This document shows positions 16,688 to 26,516 of a DNA stretch of 64,000 bases, in pieces. Numbering within the stretch: the first letter of the stretch is position 1; each line of letters begins with the position of its first letter. A model generated the notes under the pieces. The model worked only from the letters and a program-made list of their open reading frames with translations. It did not search any database and had not been told where the DNA came from. Origin of the DNA: a virus; IMG/VR virus record IMGVR_UViG_3300045988_111022. One strand, written 5' to 3'. The position numbers and the translations under genes were made by a program.

Positions 16688-18869
16688 AGAATTGAAACTT
16701 TATGCGCCGGAACCGAAACGGCCAGAGCTGGATGCGGCACTGTGTATGTCAGTTGCCGAGGGGCAGGGCATGGGCCGCTACATCGAGGGAAAGGTGCTGA
16801 CGGTGGCCGTCTGGGACAAAAAGGAAAAGCCGCTGGTCGTGTGGCGCTTTTTCGGGGATTACTGGACGGGGGAGCTTCGCGGGAACGAGAACCCGACTAA
16901 AGGCGAGCTTTCGCCGCGTCAAATTGAGGTCAAGCCCTGCCAGTGCTTGACATGGAGGACCGAAGTGCCGGCCACAAAAGGAGAATCGGAGCTCCTGCAG
17001 AACTATTTTAATGACTGCAGACCGGGATATCTGATTGGCATTGTAGAAGATGCACTGTCGGCTCATGCCAGGAAGAAGCGCGAAGAGCGCAACGCACGAC
17101 AGGCGGCTGAGACCAAGAAGCTCTTTGAGAATCTGCCGGAGCCGCCGGAAGATCTCAGTAAACAAGTTTTGAAAGTGTGCAGTGATGCGGGCTTTCTCTG
17201 GGTCACCAATGATAAACAGAACGTAATCGAACCCGGCGGCGTTGAGAAGAAAATCTCGATTCAGCGGGCAAGGTGCGATAGCTGCGGTGGTGAATATACG
17301 CTGTCGGAACTGCTCAAACACAAGAGCACAGCGACGTGCGAATGTTGCGGGGAGAAAATGCAGGTTCGCAATACCCGCTATTCGGTCAAAAGGTTATGGG
17401 CCGCAAGGACATTCCTTTGGAGCAAGCCGCAGGGGGATGGAGTCTGGATTCGCCGCTATCTGGTGTATTTCGATTTCAGAAATCATCGGGCAGAACCGGA
17501 ATTTCACGGCCGTGGAATCTGGTGGACGGACGGAAAGACCATCAAGCAGTGGAAACGCGACTGGGGCGAAAAAGCTCAGTATATCATGTGCCAGCGCCCG
17601 AAGCTGTCCGCGATGCTGCTGGCCCCCTCTGGCCCGTATCAGCCGTACACGCTGGCATCCCACACTGACCAATTTGAGAGTGATGTTCGGAAAGTGTTGA
17701 AATCTGAATGGATGTACCAGTACGATAATCACCTCAATTTTCCGTGGGAAGTTCGGCAGTGGGAAATCGTGAATCGGTATCCGATGGCCGAAAGCCTTGT
17801 AAAAACGGGCTGGGCTGATGCGCTGTGCTCTCAGGTGTACGACGAATATGAACACAGCACCCGCATCAATCTTCGAGCAAAGACCTATTACGACGTGTTT
17901 GGCTTAAATCGTCAGGAGCTGGCTGTGGTCGCACAAAGCAAAAAGTCGTTCCGCGAGGTGGATGATGCGTTGAAGTGGAAAGAAGCCGGCCTTGCAATCA
18001 ATGACAAGAACATGAAGATGACGGCTAACATCCGAAATCTCTCAGGAATGGCCAAGACATTGCGGGAAAGCGGAATGACACGGAGCTTGAAATATCTACG
18101 CCAGCAGACAAGGCGAGTCACCGGAAGCTACAACGGTCAGATTGCTCTTCAAGTTGCATCGGTCTGGTTGGATTATATCGATATGGCCGGGCAGATGAAG
18201 ATGAACTTGAATCTTGAAAAGGTTCGTTTTCCGCTGGATCTCAAGCGTCGCCACGATGATTTGGTTCTGGAGCGAAATAAGCAATGTCGAAAGGACGCCT
18301 TGAGAGGTGCCGCAAGCAGCATCAAAAAGGAAGCCAAGGAGCTGGAAAATCAGTTCCACATCGAGAACATCTACAAGAAAATCCGCAAAATCTACGAGTA
18401 CGATGGAGCGGAATACATCATTCGGGTGCCGGATGGGGCAAAGGCCATTTTGGAAGAAAGCAGGTTTCTTGACCACTGCATCCAGCGCGGAACTAGGTAC
18501 TTTGAGCGTATTGCCAAACGTGAGAGCTACATCTTCTTCATGCGGCGCAAGGCTGACCCGAATACCCCGTGGTATACCTTGGAGGTGGAGCCGGGCGGCA
18601 CTGTCCGCCAAAAGCGCAGCTATAACAACGACCAGTACGCCGATTTGGAGGATGCGAAACCGTTTATTGCGGAATGGCAACAGGTCGTGCAGGGCCGCAT
18701 GACAACGGCGGAAATTGATTTTGCACGGCAGTCCAAGGAAATCCGCGCACAGGAGTTTGCGGAACTCAAGGAGAACGGAAACATTATCCGCACGGGTACG
18801 AATGCTGGCAAGCTGCTGGTTGACGAACTGATGCACGACTTGATGGAGGTGGAAAAGCGTGTCGGCTAA
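16674..18869 (+). CDS. PcfJ-like protein (731 aa)
   Basis: C-terminal ...ESRFLDHCIQRGTRYFERIAKRESYIFFMRRKADPNTPWYTLEV...VRQKRSYNN matches the PcfJ-like core. Confidence 0.75.
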   Translation: MKKAEELKLYAPEPKRPELDAALCMSVAEGQGMGRYIEGKVLTVAVWDKKEKPLVVWRFFGDYWTGELRGNENPTKGELSPRQIEVKPCQCLTWRTEVPATKGESELLQNYFNDCRPGYLIGIVEDALSAHARKKREERNARQAAETKKLFENLPEPPEDLSKQVLKVCSDAGFLWVTNDKQNVIEPGGVEKKISIQRARCDSCGGEYTLSELLKHKSTATCECCGEKMQVRNTRYSVKRLWAARTFLWSKPQGDGVWIRRYLVYFDFRNHRAEPEFHGRGIWWTDGKTIKQWKRDWGEKAQYIMCQRPKLSAMLLAPSGPYQPYTLASHTDQFESDVRKVLKSEWMYQYDNHLNFPWEVRQWEIVNRYPMAESLVKTGWADALCSQVYDEYEHSTRINLRAKTYYDVFGLNRQELAVVAQSKKSFREVDDALKWKEAGLAINDKNMKMTANIRNLSGMAKTLRESGMTRSLKYLRQQTRRVTGSYNGQIALQVASVWLDYIDMAGQMKMNLNLEKVRFPLDLKRRHDDLVLERNKQCRKDALRGAASSIKKEAKELENQFHIENIYKKIRKIYEYDGAEYIIRVPDGAKAILEESRFLDHCIQRGTRYFERIAKRESYIFFMRRKADPNTPWYTLEVEPGGTVRQKRSYNNDQYADLEDAKPFIAEWQQVVQGRMTTAEIDFARQSKEIRAQEFAELKENGNIIRTGTNAGKLLVDELMHDLMEVEKRVG

Positions 18870-19053
18870 AATTGAACTTTCTCTCGCGCCCGCCAAAGCA
18901 AAGGGCCTTTCGGAAGATGAACGTCTGGATTTGGGGCGGCTGCTCCTGAAAGCGGGATACCGAGTTGATATTGTACGCCGCCGCCCGAATACCAATCCGG
19001 GCACCCAGTACGAATATTTCATGGTTTTGGACAAAGGAGAGAATAATGCCTGA
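18859..19053 (+). CDS. Hypothetical protein (64 aa)
   Basis: GTG start after a GGAGGTGG RBS. Confidence 0.5.
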   Translation: MSAKIELSLAPAKAKGLSEDERLDLGRLLLKAGYRVDIVRRRPNTNPGTQYEYFMVLDKGENNA

Positions 19054-19246
19054 CACCCGGAAGAATCACAACCCCAGCGGCGCGCCGGATCCTACACGGG
19101 TTCGGGCAGAGAGCAACATCCAGAGGGAAGAAGCTCGTGTGAGCGAGCTTGTTCACGTTCTGCGTTATGTGGCAGGTGCCGCCGGGTTTGAAATTGTGGA
19201 GCGAATTGTTCTCGTGGATAACCAGACGGGGAGGATTTATCGGTGA
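19046..19246 (+). CDS. Hypothetical protein (66 aa)
   Basis: AAAGGAGA RBS. ATG at 19046. Confidence 0.5.
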   Translation: MPDTRKNHNPSGAPDPTRVRAESNIQREEARVSELVHVLRYVAGAAGFEIVERIVLVDNQTGRIYR

Positions 19247-20229
19247 ACAGAACAAAGAATGAGTTGGCCGATTATGCTTGGAATCCGGTGACAGGGTGCC
19301 TGAAAGATTGTCGGTACTGCTATGCAAGGAAAAGCGCGATACGGTTTGCAAGCGATTGGCGCCGAAATTTGGCAGAGAGACCGAAAGTTCAGCAGGTGGG
19401 AGAAAAGCTCTTTGAGCTGGATACCCCGTGGGAAACGAAAAACAAGCACTTCCTGAACAGTCCAACGGGATTTCTGCCCACGATGCACAAATACCGTTTC
19501 GACTGGCCGCAAAAGGTCAAAGTTGGCTCAAGCATTATGGTATGCACAGACGGCGATTTATTCGGGCCGTGGGTTCCTGAAGAATGGATTCTTCAGGTGT
19601 TTGCGGCGGCTGATGAAGCACCCCAGCACCAGTACATTTTTCTGACGCAGTATCCGGAACGCTATAAGCAGCTTGTGAATCACGAGAAGCTGCCCCAAAA
19701 CAAGAATTTCTGGTACGGTTCGACAGCGACGGTCAGAGAAAGCAGCGTATGGGCGAACGAACACTATAATACGTTCGTTGCGATAGAGCCGCTCCTTGGC
19801 CCGTTTGAGGGCGACGTGACAAAAGCGTTCCAGAAGTTGAAGTGGGTCATCATCGGCGCGGAAACAGGCCGAAATGCAGGAAAGGTCATTCCTAAAGCGG
19901 AGTGGATTAAAGACATTCTTGCGTCAGCGGATGCAACCGACACACCTGTTTTCATGCGGAGCAGCATGGAAAGCGTGGTGGGCGCTGAGAATATGCGGCG
20001 CGAGAAACCACAGCCGCTTCTTCAGAGAGTTCCCAGCGACGTGCAGAAAGAGCGTCTGTGGGAGTATTGCACGGTCTGCGGCAAGTACAGACCGATGAAA
20101 GAAATGTACGCGCTGCTCTTGCGCAGAAAACGTGGAGATAGCCCGGAGCGGGTGGCTTATATGTGCCCGGAATGCTATGAGCAGTTCAGCAGAGACAATT
20201 TTGAGAAAGGAAAAGACGATGAAGTTTGA
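19243..20229 (+). CDS. Phage Gp37/Gp68 family protein (DUF5131)
   Basis: YAWNPVTGCLKDCRYCYA N-terminal signature. C-terminal CxxC...CxxC ribbon. Confidence 0.8.
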   Translation: MNRTKNELADYAWNPVTGCLKDCRYCYARKSAIRFASDWRRNLAERPKVQQVGEKLFELDTPWETKNKHFLNSPTGFLPTMHKYRFDWPQKVKVGSSIMVCTDGDLFGPWVPEEWILQVFAAADEAPQHQYIFLTQYPERYKQLVNHEKLPQNKNFWYGSTATVRESSVWANEHYNTFVAIEPLLGPFEGDVTKAFQKLKWVIIGAETGRNAGKVIPKAEWIKDILASADATDTPVFMRSSMESVVGAENMRREKPQPLLQRVPSDVQKERLWEYCTVCGKYRPMKEMYALLLRRKRGDSPERVAYMCPECYEQFSRDNFEKGKDDEV

Positions 20230-21304
20230 ACGAAGCGAAATTGGAGCGCTGTTCTCCAAGCTCCGAACAGCAGTGCCGGAAGTTCGCGCAGTGGGCAACG
20301 ATAGCACGGGAATCCTGCTGAGTGGCCCGGATGCGTTCGCAACGAATTTGGAACTGAGCATTCGGGCAGAACTTTCCAGCCCGGTTCCGCAGGGCGTCGT
20401 TATTCCACCGCGTGGAGTGGATTTTATCAGCGGAGCAGTAGCCCCTGAAATCAACATCAACGTGACAAAGAGCGGGTTGGTCATAGAGTCCGGCACGGCG
20501 CGGGCACGGTTGAGCACGACGCCGGCAGAGAATTACCCCACATTTGATGGTCCGGGAAAGGATGCGAAGCGCTGCGTGGTGAGAGCGAACGATTTGAGCT
20601 GGGCCATCTCAAAGGTTCTATACGCTGTGTCCAAGGAGGATCGGCATCCGGCGCACAAAGGGCTGTGCTTTTCCCACAACGGCGACGATACTTTGGAAAT
20701 CTGCGCCCTGGATGGGTACAGAATGGCCATCAGCCGAATCGACTGCACCGCCGATGGCGATTTCAAGTTTGTGCTTCCGGCGGCAACGGCAAAGGCGATT
20801 GATACGCTGGGCCTTGATGGGAGCGTCAGTATTGAAAGAGACCGCAAAAAGGCCGTTTTCAGTGACAACAATTTTGAGGTAAAGTCTCGCCTGATCGCAG
20901 AACCGTTTCTGGATTATAGCAAAATTGCAGCCCAAAAGAGTGGGGGAACCAGAATCGTGCTTGACAGAAAAGAATTGCTGGGCGTTCTGGGACGCGTCAA
21001 ACTTGCTCGGTCTGCAGACGCAAAGGAAAAGAGCACCTTGGTGATGGATCTGGAACCCGGCGGCACAGGTAGAGCATCGATGCGTAGCACGATTGCGCAG
21101 ATGAATGAGGAGTTTTCCTTCAACGGAAAGCTGGATGAGCGCCTGCGAATCGGCTTTAATCTGGAGTTCCTGAGCGAGGCATTGAAGTCGATGGAAGGAG
21201 ACGAGGTCAGCGCATGGGTGGTCGGTCCTCTATCCCCCGTAAAGCTGATTGAGCCGCAGTATGAAGCGCTGGTGCTTCCTGTCAAGGTCAAGGAGGAAGC
21301 ATGA
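20219..21304 (+). CDS. dnaN: DNA polymerase III beta sliding clamp, phage-encoded
   Basis: 361 aa. ...AISKVLYAVSKEDRHPAHKGLCF......LEICALDGYRMA is the typical DnaN domain II pattern. Confidence 0.8.
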   Translation: MKFERSEIGALFSKLRTAVPEVRAVGNDSTGILLSGPDAFATNLELSIRAELSSPVPQGVVIPPRGVDFISGAVAPEININVTKSGLVIESGTARARLSTTPAENYPTFDGPGKDAKRCVVRANDLSWAISKVLYAVSKEDRHPAHKGLCFSHNGDDTLEICALDGYRMAISRIDCTADGDFKFVLPAATAKAIDTLGLDGSVSIERDRKKAVFSDNNFEVKSRLIAEPFLDYSKIAAQKSGGTRIVLDRKELLGVLGRVKLARSADAKEKSTLVMDLEPGGTGRASMRSTIAQMNEEFSFNGKLDERLRIGFNLEFLSEALKSMEGDEVSAWVVGPLSPVKLIEPQYEALVLPVKVKEEA

Positions 21305-21759
21305 TGCAGGGTAGAACTTTTCGTGGGCAGTCCCCAGATGGCACTTGGCATGAGGGATTCTTGATTCGCTCCCCGGGTGTGAAGAACAGTCGCCCGGGTG
21401 AGGGCTGGTACATCAACTCCGAGCAAGAGCCGGCATACGCCCATCTCGTCAAGCCGTTTACGATCGGCATGAACACGACTCTGACGGACGGAAACGGGGC
21501 ACCTGTTTTTGAGGGGGACATTTTGAAAGACGATCGATGCGGCAAAGATGTGATTTTTGCCGTAAGATACGGCGAATACATCGACTACGGCGTAGGCCAT
21601 ATCGGATTCTACGCAGAATTTTCGGAGAACCGAAAGGAGTTTGTCGAGCATGGTCTTGCAAGCTTGGTTCTGACCGCAAAGGTGGTTGGAAATGTAGTGG
21701 ACACGCCGGAGCTGATGGGCATGAGCACTGGAAAGGAGCAGCAACATGAAGTGGATTGA
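21301..21759 (+). CDS. YopX-family protein
   Basis: F.G.DILKDD...DVIFAVRYGEY....GF.... ...VVGNV.D.PELM is a typical YopX C-terminus. Confidence 0.75.
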   Translation: MMQGRTFRGQSPDGTWHEGFLIRSPGVKNSRPGEGWYINSEQEPAYAHLVKPFTIGMNTTLTDGNGAPVFEGDILKDDRCGKDVIFAVRYGEYIDYGVGHIGFYAEFSENRKEFVEHGLASLVLTAKVVGNVVDTPELMGMSTGKEQQHEVD

Positions 21760-22300
21760 GACGATTACCCCGAAACAGGCGGTTGAAGAGCTGGGAGTAC
21801 CTTATCACGGCTGGATGAGGGAGATGGATCGGGCATGGATCAGCGAAGACCAGAAGTACAGCGTGATGTCTCGTTTGCTCCGCACGGAATGGGGCAAGGT
21901 CGAACACGTCACGATTACGGCGGCAGAGGGCGTTGGCCGGAGTGACGGCAGCGGGGATATCCCGTGGGCCGTCAAGATGGAAATTAAAAACGACCTGTTC
22001 GGCGAGAAGCGAGTTGCCGTCGAGGTGTTCCCGACGCAGGACAGGTTGGTGGATGTCTGCGACTGCTATCACCTCTGGGTGTTCGAGAAAGGATTCCAGC
22101 TTCCGTTCGGTATCCACCCGCGCGATAAGAAAACGGTGACGGTCAATCGCGGCAGTACCAGAGTCCGAGCCATTGACGGCGCAGGGCGTGAACGCAGCAT
22201 CAAAGAGCTGCTGGAAGAGAATGGCGCGGCGGACGTTCCTAAACAGGCATATGCACAGGCTATGGCCGGATATATGATGAAAAATCTTCTGGGAGGGTGA
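21746..22300 (+). CDS. Hypothetical conserved phage protein (184 aa)
   Basis: Coupled ORF. No domain recognised with confidence. Confidence 0.6.
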   Translation: MKWIETITPKQAVEELGVPYHGWMREMDRAWISEDQKYSVMSRLLRTEWGKVEHVTITAAEGVGRSDGSGDIPWAVKMEIKNDLFGEKRVAVEVFPTQDRLVDVCDCYHLWVFEKGFQLPFGIHPRDKKTVTVNRGSTRVRAIDGAGRERSIKELLEENGAADVPKQAYAQAMAGYMMKNLLGG

Positions 22301-22369
22301 TGCAAGTGGATGGCGATATAGACCGCCAGAGCGAAGCGCACCCGCCGAAACCAGAGAAGGGGCGAGACG

Positions 22370-22555
22370 ATGGCAAAGTATGAGATGCTTATCGCTGCAT
22401 CCGGGAAACATGGCTCTGCACTCCTGCCGTATGTGCTGGTTGACGATAGAAGCGGTAAAAGCGCAGCGGCGCGGGCAAAAGCGATGGCCAAGGCTTGTTA
22501 CCCGGAGTATGAGAAATTCGACGTGGCGAAGATGGAGGTGATTTCAGATGAATGA
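22370..22555 (+). CDS. Hypothetical protein (61 aa)
   Basis: ORF with an RBS-like GGGGCGAG upstream. Confidence 0.45.
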   Translation: MAKYEMLIAASGKHGSALLPYVLVDDRSGKSAAARAKAMAKACYPEYEKFDVAKMEVISDE

Positions 22556-22799
22556 AAAGGGATTGATGGAACAGTCGAACGCAGCGATTAAAGCGGCGCT
22601 AGAGCTGTACGCGGCTGACCATGGGAAGTTGAACGATGGTGACAGCTTTACGACAAAGCTCAATAACTGTGTGCTCACCATTTCGCTGAAAGATGGGAGC
22701 TTGGACGTGCAGTTTGACCCGGACGCAGACGTCGCGGTGGACACCCCGTACACACTGGACATGAAGCTCGACATTTATAAGGAGGAAGACAATGGATGA
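22548..22799 (+). CDS. Hypothetical protein (83 aa)
   Basis: GGAGGTG RBS. Overlaps the neighbouring genes. Confidence 0.5.
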   Translation: MNEKGLMEQSNAAIKAALELYAADHGKLNDGDSFTTKLNNCVLTISLKDGSLDVQFDPDADVAVDTPYTLDMKLDIYKEEDNG

Positions 22800-23262
22800 G
22801 TACATCAACCGTGAGGACGTATTGAAATGCCTGGAGTATAACACGATTCAGAAGCCGAGTGCGAATGATGTTGTTTCTGCGACTCTCCGGGTAGCGCGGG
22901 AAAAGGTCGAGAAACTTCCTGTTGCACAGGAAGAAGCGCTCTTTTCTTTCTGGCGCGACCCCGACAAGGATCCTCCGAAAGTTGAGACGGAAGTGCTGAT
23001 TCTGTTTGAAACAGCCTGCGGCGGATATGGGATTACGACAGCGCACTATGAAGACGGGAGCGTTTTTTTACAAGATAGCGTATGGTATTGGGAAGACCTT
23101 CCCGATTGGGGGACATACGACGAGGAGCGGGACGACTACAAAATCCCGAAAGGCTGGTGGGAATACCGCCACTTCAACCAGGATGACGTTTACAATAACC
23201 GTGTAGATTCTCCCGTGGTTGGGTGGATGCCTTTGCCGCCGAAGGAGGTAGTGAAAAAATGA
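22792..23262 (+). CDS. DUF551-like protein
   Basis: W.D...D.P......L.........Y......VVGWMPLPP is a DUF551-type C-terminus. Confidence 0.55.
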   Translation: MDEYINREDVLKCLEYNTIQKPSANDVVSATLRVAREKVEKLPVAQEEALFSFWRDPDKDPPKVETEVLILFETACGGYGITTAHYEDGSVFLQDSVWYWEDLPDWGTYDEERDDYKIPKGWWEYRHFNQDDVYNNRVDSPVVGWMPLPPKEVVKK

Positions 23263-23771
23263 GAACGCTTAACGCTGACCAGCTGAAAGCTGTGCTGAGC
23301 ATGGAAAGTTCACTGGGACATATTCACACGCTGGCAGATGTCGAAAATACGATTGACTTTCTTGCCAAAGAAGAACAGGAAGTCACAAACGGTGTAGAAA
23401 AATTCAACATTTTCGATACCATGTGGTCAAGGAAAATTCAGGCGGCGTTTCCGCAGTCGTTCGTGAATATGCAAAATGAACTCATTTTCAGCCTGAGAAC
23501 TGATTCCGGCTTCAGTCTGAAAGATGTGACCGACGAAACCCAGCTGAAAGCAAAAATTCTGGAGTGGCTTACGCGGACTGCAATTAAGGCAGTTTCGCCC
23601 AAGGAAAGAAAACTTCATTTTGAGGGCATCAACAAGCTGCTGGGTACGAATTTTACGTTAGAGGAAATGACGGACATCTATACATATCTCGGAAATGGAA
23701 TCAATCACGACCTTTGCGTGAAGTTTGTGGAGAGCGGCTACGACATGACGATGATTCAAAAAGAAGGGTGA
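23259..23771 (+). CDS. Hypothetical protein (170 aa)
   Basis: GAAGGAGG RBS. ATG at 23259. Confidence 0.6.
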   Translation: MRTLNADQLKAVLSMESSLGHIHTLADVENTIDFLAKEEQEVTNGVEKFNIFDTMWSRKIQAAFPQSFVNMQNELIFSLRTDSGFSLKDVTDETQLKAKILEWLTRTAIKAVSPKERKLHFEGINKLLGTNFTLEEMTDIYTYLGNGINHDLCVKFVESGYDMTMIQKEG

Positions 23772-23775
23772 GCAA

Positions 23776-24447
23776 ATGGATAAGCAAAAGATTAAGAGTG
23801 TTCCGAGGCTGACGACCGACAACCCGGTGGACAATTTTCAGACTGCCCTCAACTTTACTGACGTCAGCGAGGACGGCTGGGTATGGCTGCGGCAACCTGA
23901 AATGGCACTGACCGAGTATGCGCGGCAGCTCGTCAAGGGGCATGGCAGCAGCATCGATCTGGGCTGCAACGATATGGAGCTCTCCGAAAGTCTGACCGAT
24001 CACCTCTTCGACGACCCGAAGCAGAGCATTGATGGACTGATCGCAGAGCACTACACGATTTTGTGGGCCTACGCGACCCTGCGGGAAAAGCTCAAATGGT
24101 ACGAGGATGCAGGAATCCCGGTCATTCCTAATTACGGTCTGAGTACCATCCGGCGGGCGATCAATCGGTACGGCACCGCCCCTCAGCTCCAGATGGCGAT
24201 CAAGGAAATGTCAGAGCTCACGAAGGCAATCTGCAATCTCCAGCGGGCCGTAACCTTCAACTACCGCAACGGTGCGAAGATCAAGGTCGCCCACGAGAGC
24301 GTCAGGGAAGAAATCGCGGATGTCTATGTTATGCTGGCACAGCTTGTGGAAATCATCGGAAAGCCGGAAGAAGTACAGCAGATTGTGCTCGAAAAGCTCG
24401 ACCAGCTCAAAGGCTGTTTAGACGACGGGGAGGTACGCAGTGAGTAA
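23776..24447 (+). CDS. Protein with a C-terminal MazG-like NTP pyrophosphohydrolase domain
   Basis: ...QLQMAIKEMSELTKAI........ESVREEIADVYVMLAQL shows the EE..E.aD helical signature. Confidence 0.6.
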   Translation: MDKQKIKSVPRLTTDNPVDNFQTALNFTDVSEDGWVWLRQPEMALTEYARQLVKGHGSSIDLGCNDMELSESLTDHLFDDPKQSIDGLIAEHYTILWAYATLREKLKWYEDAGIPVIPNYGLSTIRRAINRYGTAPQLQMAIKEMSELTKAICNLQRAVTFNYRNGAKIKVAHESVREEIADVYVMLAQLVEIIGKPEEVQQIVLEKLDQLKGCLDDGEVRSE

Positions 24448-24751
24448 AGAAATCTTACTTATACGCAATGATGATGGCGAATTCGAGCTGTACGATGACA
24501 CCTACGATGTGGTCATTCATTGCAAAAATCGGCAGGGCATGAAAGAAACCTGCGAGATTCTGCGCAAGGTAGGCACCGACGAGAAAGCACCCAACGCTTT
24601 ATTGATGGATCCTGTTGATATGGCGATTGCCATAAGGAACCATTGTAAATCACGCACAGGTGGGTGCGAGGGCTGCTGCTTTGACAGGCCGACCAGCGAT
24701 AACGGGGATGGTGAATGCGTTTTGGGCTGTCCTGAAGATTGGGAGGTGTGA
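24440..24751 (+). CDS. Hypothetical Cys-containing protein (103 aa)
   Basis: GTG start after GGGGAGG. Confidence 0.5.
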   Translation: MSKEILLIRNDDGEFELYDDTYDVVIHCKNRQGMKETCEILRKVGTDEKAPNALLMDPVDMAIAIRNHCKSRTGGCEGCCFDRPTSDNGDGECVLGCPEDWEV

Positions 24752-25028
24752 GACTGAGGAGCGTCTGAACGAGTATACAATTCAAAATCCACAGACGGTG
24801 AGTTGGGAGAACTTTGCAAAACTGCCGCCGAAAGCTGCTCTGAAGCTAGTATCAACTTTTGGGCGGCTGCTGGATACATGAAAGCCTACATTCAGAACCA
24901 CCTCGATGACTCGGTATGGGAAAGCGTTGACACTCCAAGCCCACTGAGAGCCGATTTCAAAATTCACTTTTTGGGTGGCCGATGCTTTATGTGTTCGGTA
25001 ACTGGTGAGCAGTAGAAAGGTTTTAGCT

Positions 25029-25277
25029 ATGGCAAAAATCATCTGGATATGTCCTTTTTGTGGGGCGACTACGGAAGAGGTTCGCGAAACTGACCTTGTC
25101 CCGTTCCACAACCACCCCATCACCCTAAATAGGGAGTGTCAAAGGTGCATATACAGGCAGCACTGGAATGACCTTTCCATGCTGGGGGTTCTTCCTTCTA
25201 TTGGTAGCGGCGAAGAAGTTCGTAGCGCAGAGTATTATCACGATGTATGGGGGTTTGATTATTATGGTCCAGGGTAA
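25029..25277 (+). CDS. Zinc-ribbon protein (82 aa)
   Basis: CPFCG...CQRC. Confidence 0.5.
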   Translation: MAKIIWICPFCGATTEEVRETDLVPFHNHPITLNRECQRCIYRQHWNDLSMLGVLPSIGSGEEVRSAEYYHDVWGFDYYGPG

Positions 25278-25818
25278 AGCTGTTTTGCTGAGCGTCCGTC
25301 CAAACTGGTGCAAGCTGATTTGGGCCGGGATGAAAACGGTTGAAGTGCGCAAGACCTGCCCAAAGCTCGAAACGCCGTTTAAGGTGTACATTTACTGTTC
25401 CGGCAATAGCGGATGGCTAATGAGGTTACCAAAGGGCTTGCGGAAGATGGACAGAAAAGTAATTGGTGAGTTTGTCTGCGATGAGGTTTACAAGGTCGAT
25501 AGAGATAGCGTGGGGTTCAATTTTACAGCCCCAAGTCTGGATTTGCCGGTTTACACCATGCCAGAAAATAACGATGAGTACCGAAATGTCCAGCGAGAGG
25601 AACTTACTACTTGCCTGACCGACGAACAGCTCTCTAAATATCTTGGGATACACCCCGGCTGGGGATGGCACATTTCCAACTTGAAAATTTATGACCGACC
25701 ACTCGGCCTGCGAGAACTCACTGGCTTGCAAGAGACACGGTTTGGTATGCGGCCTGTGGAAATTACCAGCCCGCCCCAGAGCTGGCGCTATGTGGAGGAT
25801 GCAGAATGTACGTCATGA
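25264..25818 (+). CDS. ASCH-domain protein
   Basis: AVLLSVRPNWCKLIWAGMKTVEVRKT.P is the typical ASCH N-terminus. Confidence 0.7.
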   Translation: MVQGKAVLLSVRPNWCKLIWAGMKTVEVRKTCPKLETPFKVYIYCSGNSGWLMRLPKGLRKMDRKVIGEFVCDEVYKVDRDSVGFNFTAPSLDLPVYTMPENNDEYRNVQREELTTCLTDEQLSKYLGIHPGWGWHISNLKIYDRPLGLRELTGLQETRFGMRPVEITSPPQSWRYVEDAECTS

Positions 25819-26117
25819 ACAAAAAATGGGACTCCATCACGAACATTGCCCAGTGCACCAGCGTGTATGTGAGTCCCGAACACGAAATCAAAGCGGTTCC
25901 TACCGGTGGCGGCGCGGTATATCGTCTGGGTCAGTACGAAACGGCGGAAATTGCCCGCGCCGTTCTGAATGATTTGCATATTCACGTTGCGACTGGCTGC
26001 ACCTACCAGATGCCGAACGACCAGAGGGCGCTGGTTCTGGCTCGCGGCATGAGTGATGAACGGCCTGAAAAGTTTGCCGGGAATGGCAAGAAGCCGGTGC
26101 GCAGGGGAGGATCCTGA
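25806..26117 (+). CDS. Hypothetical protein (103 aa)
   Basis: GGAGGA RBS. Coupled. Confidence 0.55.
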   Translation: MYVMNKKWDSITNIAQCTSVYVSPEHEIKAVPTGGGAVYRLGQYETAEIARAVLNDLHIHVATGCTYQMPNDQRALVLARGMSDERPEKFAGNGKKPVRRGGS

Positions 26118-26320
26118 TGGAGAAAACAGGTGCGGTTCTCCCGTGTCCTAAATGCGGAAGCAGATTTCTGGCATGGGGAAAACCTTTTAGAAGTACGACG
26201 CCAAGGCTTATCGTATTGCTGGGGAGCCGTCGCAGAATTGTCTGCTGCATGATGTGTGGGTACTATGCACCCGTAAAAGACTGGAACAGAGAGGAGCAAG
26301 CAAATGAAAGCACACGTTGA
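26117..26320 (+). CDS. Lar-like restriction-alleviation zinc-ribbon protein (copy 1)
   Basis: LPCPKCGS.......CMMCG......WNREEQ. Confidence 0.5.
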   Translation: MEKTGAVLPCPKCGSRFLAWGKPFRSTTPRLIVLLGSRRRIVCCMMCGYYAPVKDWNREEQANESTR

Positions 26321-26510
26321 ACCTAAGAGCAAGGAATGCCCGTTCTGCGGCGCATCTACCTATGAAGTTATGAGTGGTACGGGCGTGAAATGTATTCGGT
26401 GCACCAATAAGAGAACTTGCGGTGCAATCGTCAGTTTTAACAACAAGGGCTGTGATGAACGCGGTGTTTCGCCGGTGGTGTATTTCAATCGGCGGGCAGG
26501 AAAGGAGTGA
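26304..26510 (+). CDS. Lar-like restriction-alleviation zinc-ribbon protein (copy 2)
   Basis: ECPFCGAS......VKCIRC....CGA.......FNRRA. Confidence 0.55.
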   Translation: MKAHVEPKSKECPFCGASTYEVMSGTGVKCIRCTNKRTCGAIVSFNNKGCDERGVSPVVYFNRRAGKE

Positions 26511-26516
26511 ATAAGG

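Noticed and set aside
24751-25028. Small ORFs 24660-24881 and 24803-25015
   Set aside because: They overlap each other and the end of the previous gene. The only plausible internal starts (GTG at 24798, ATG at 24878) give 27- and 45-aa products without convincing RBS. They are not reported as features.
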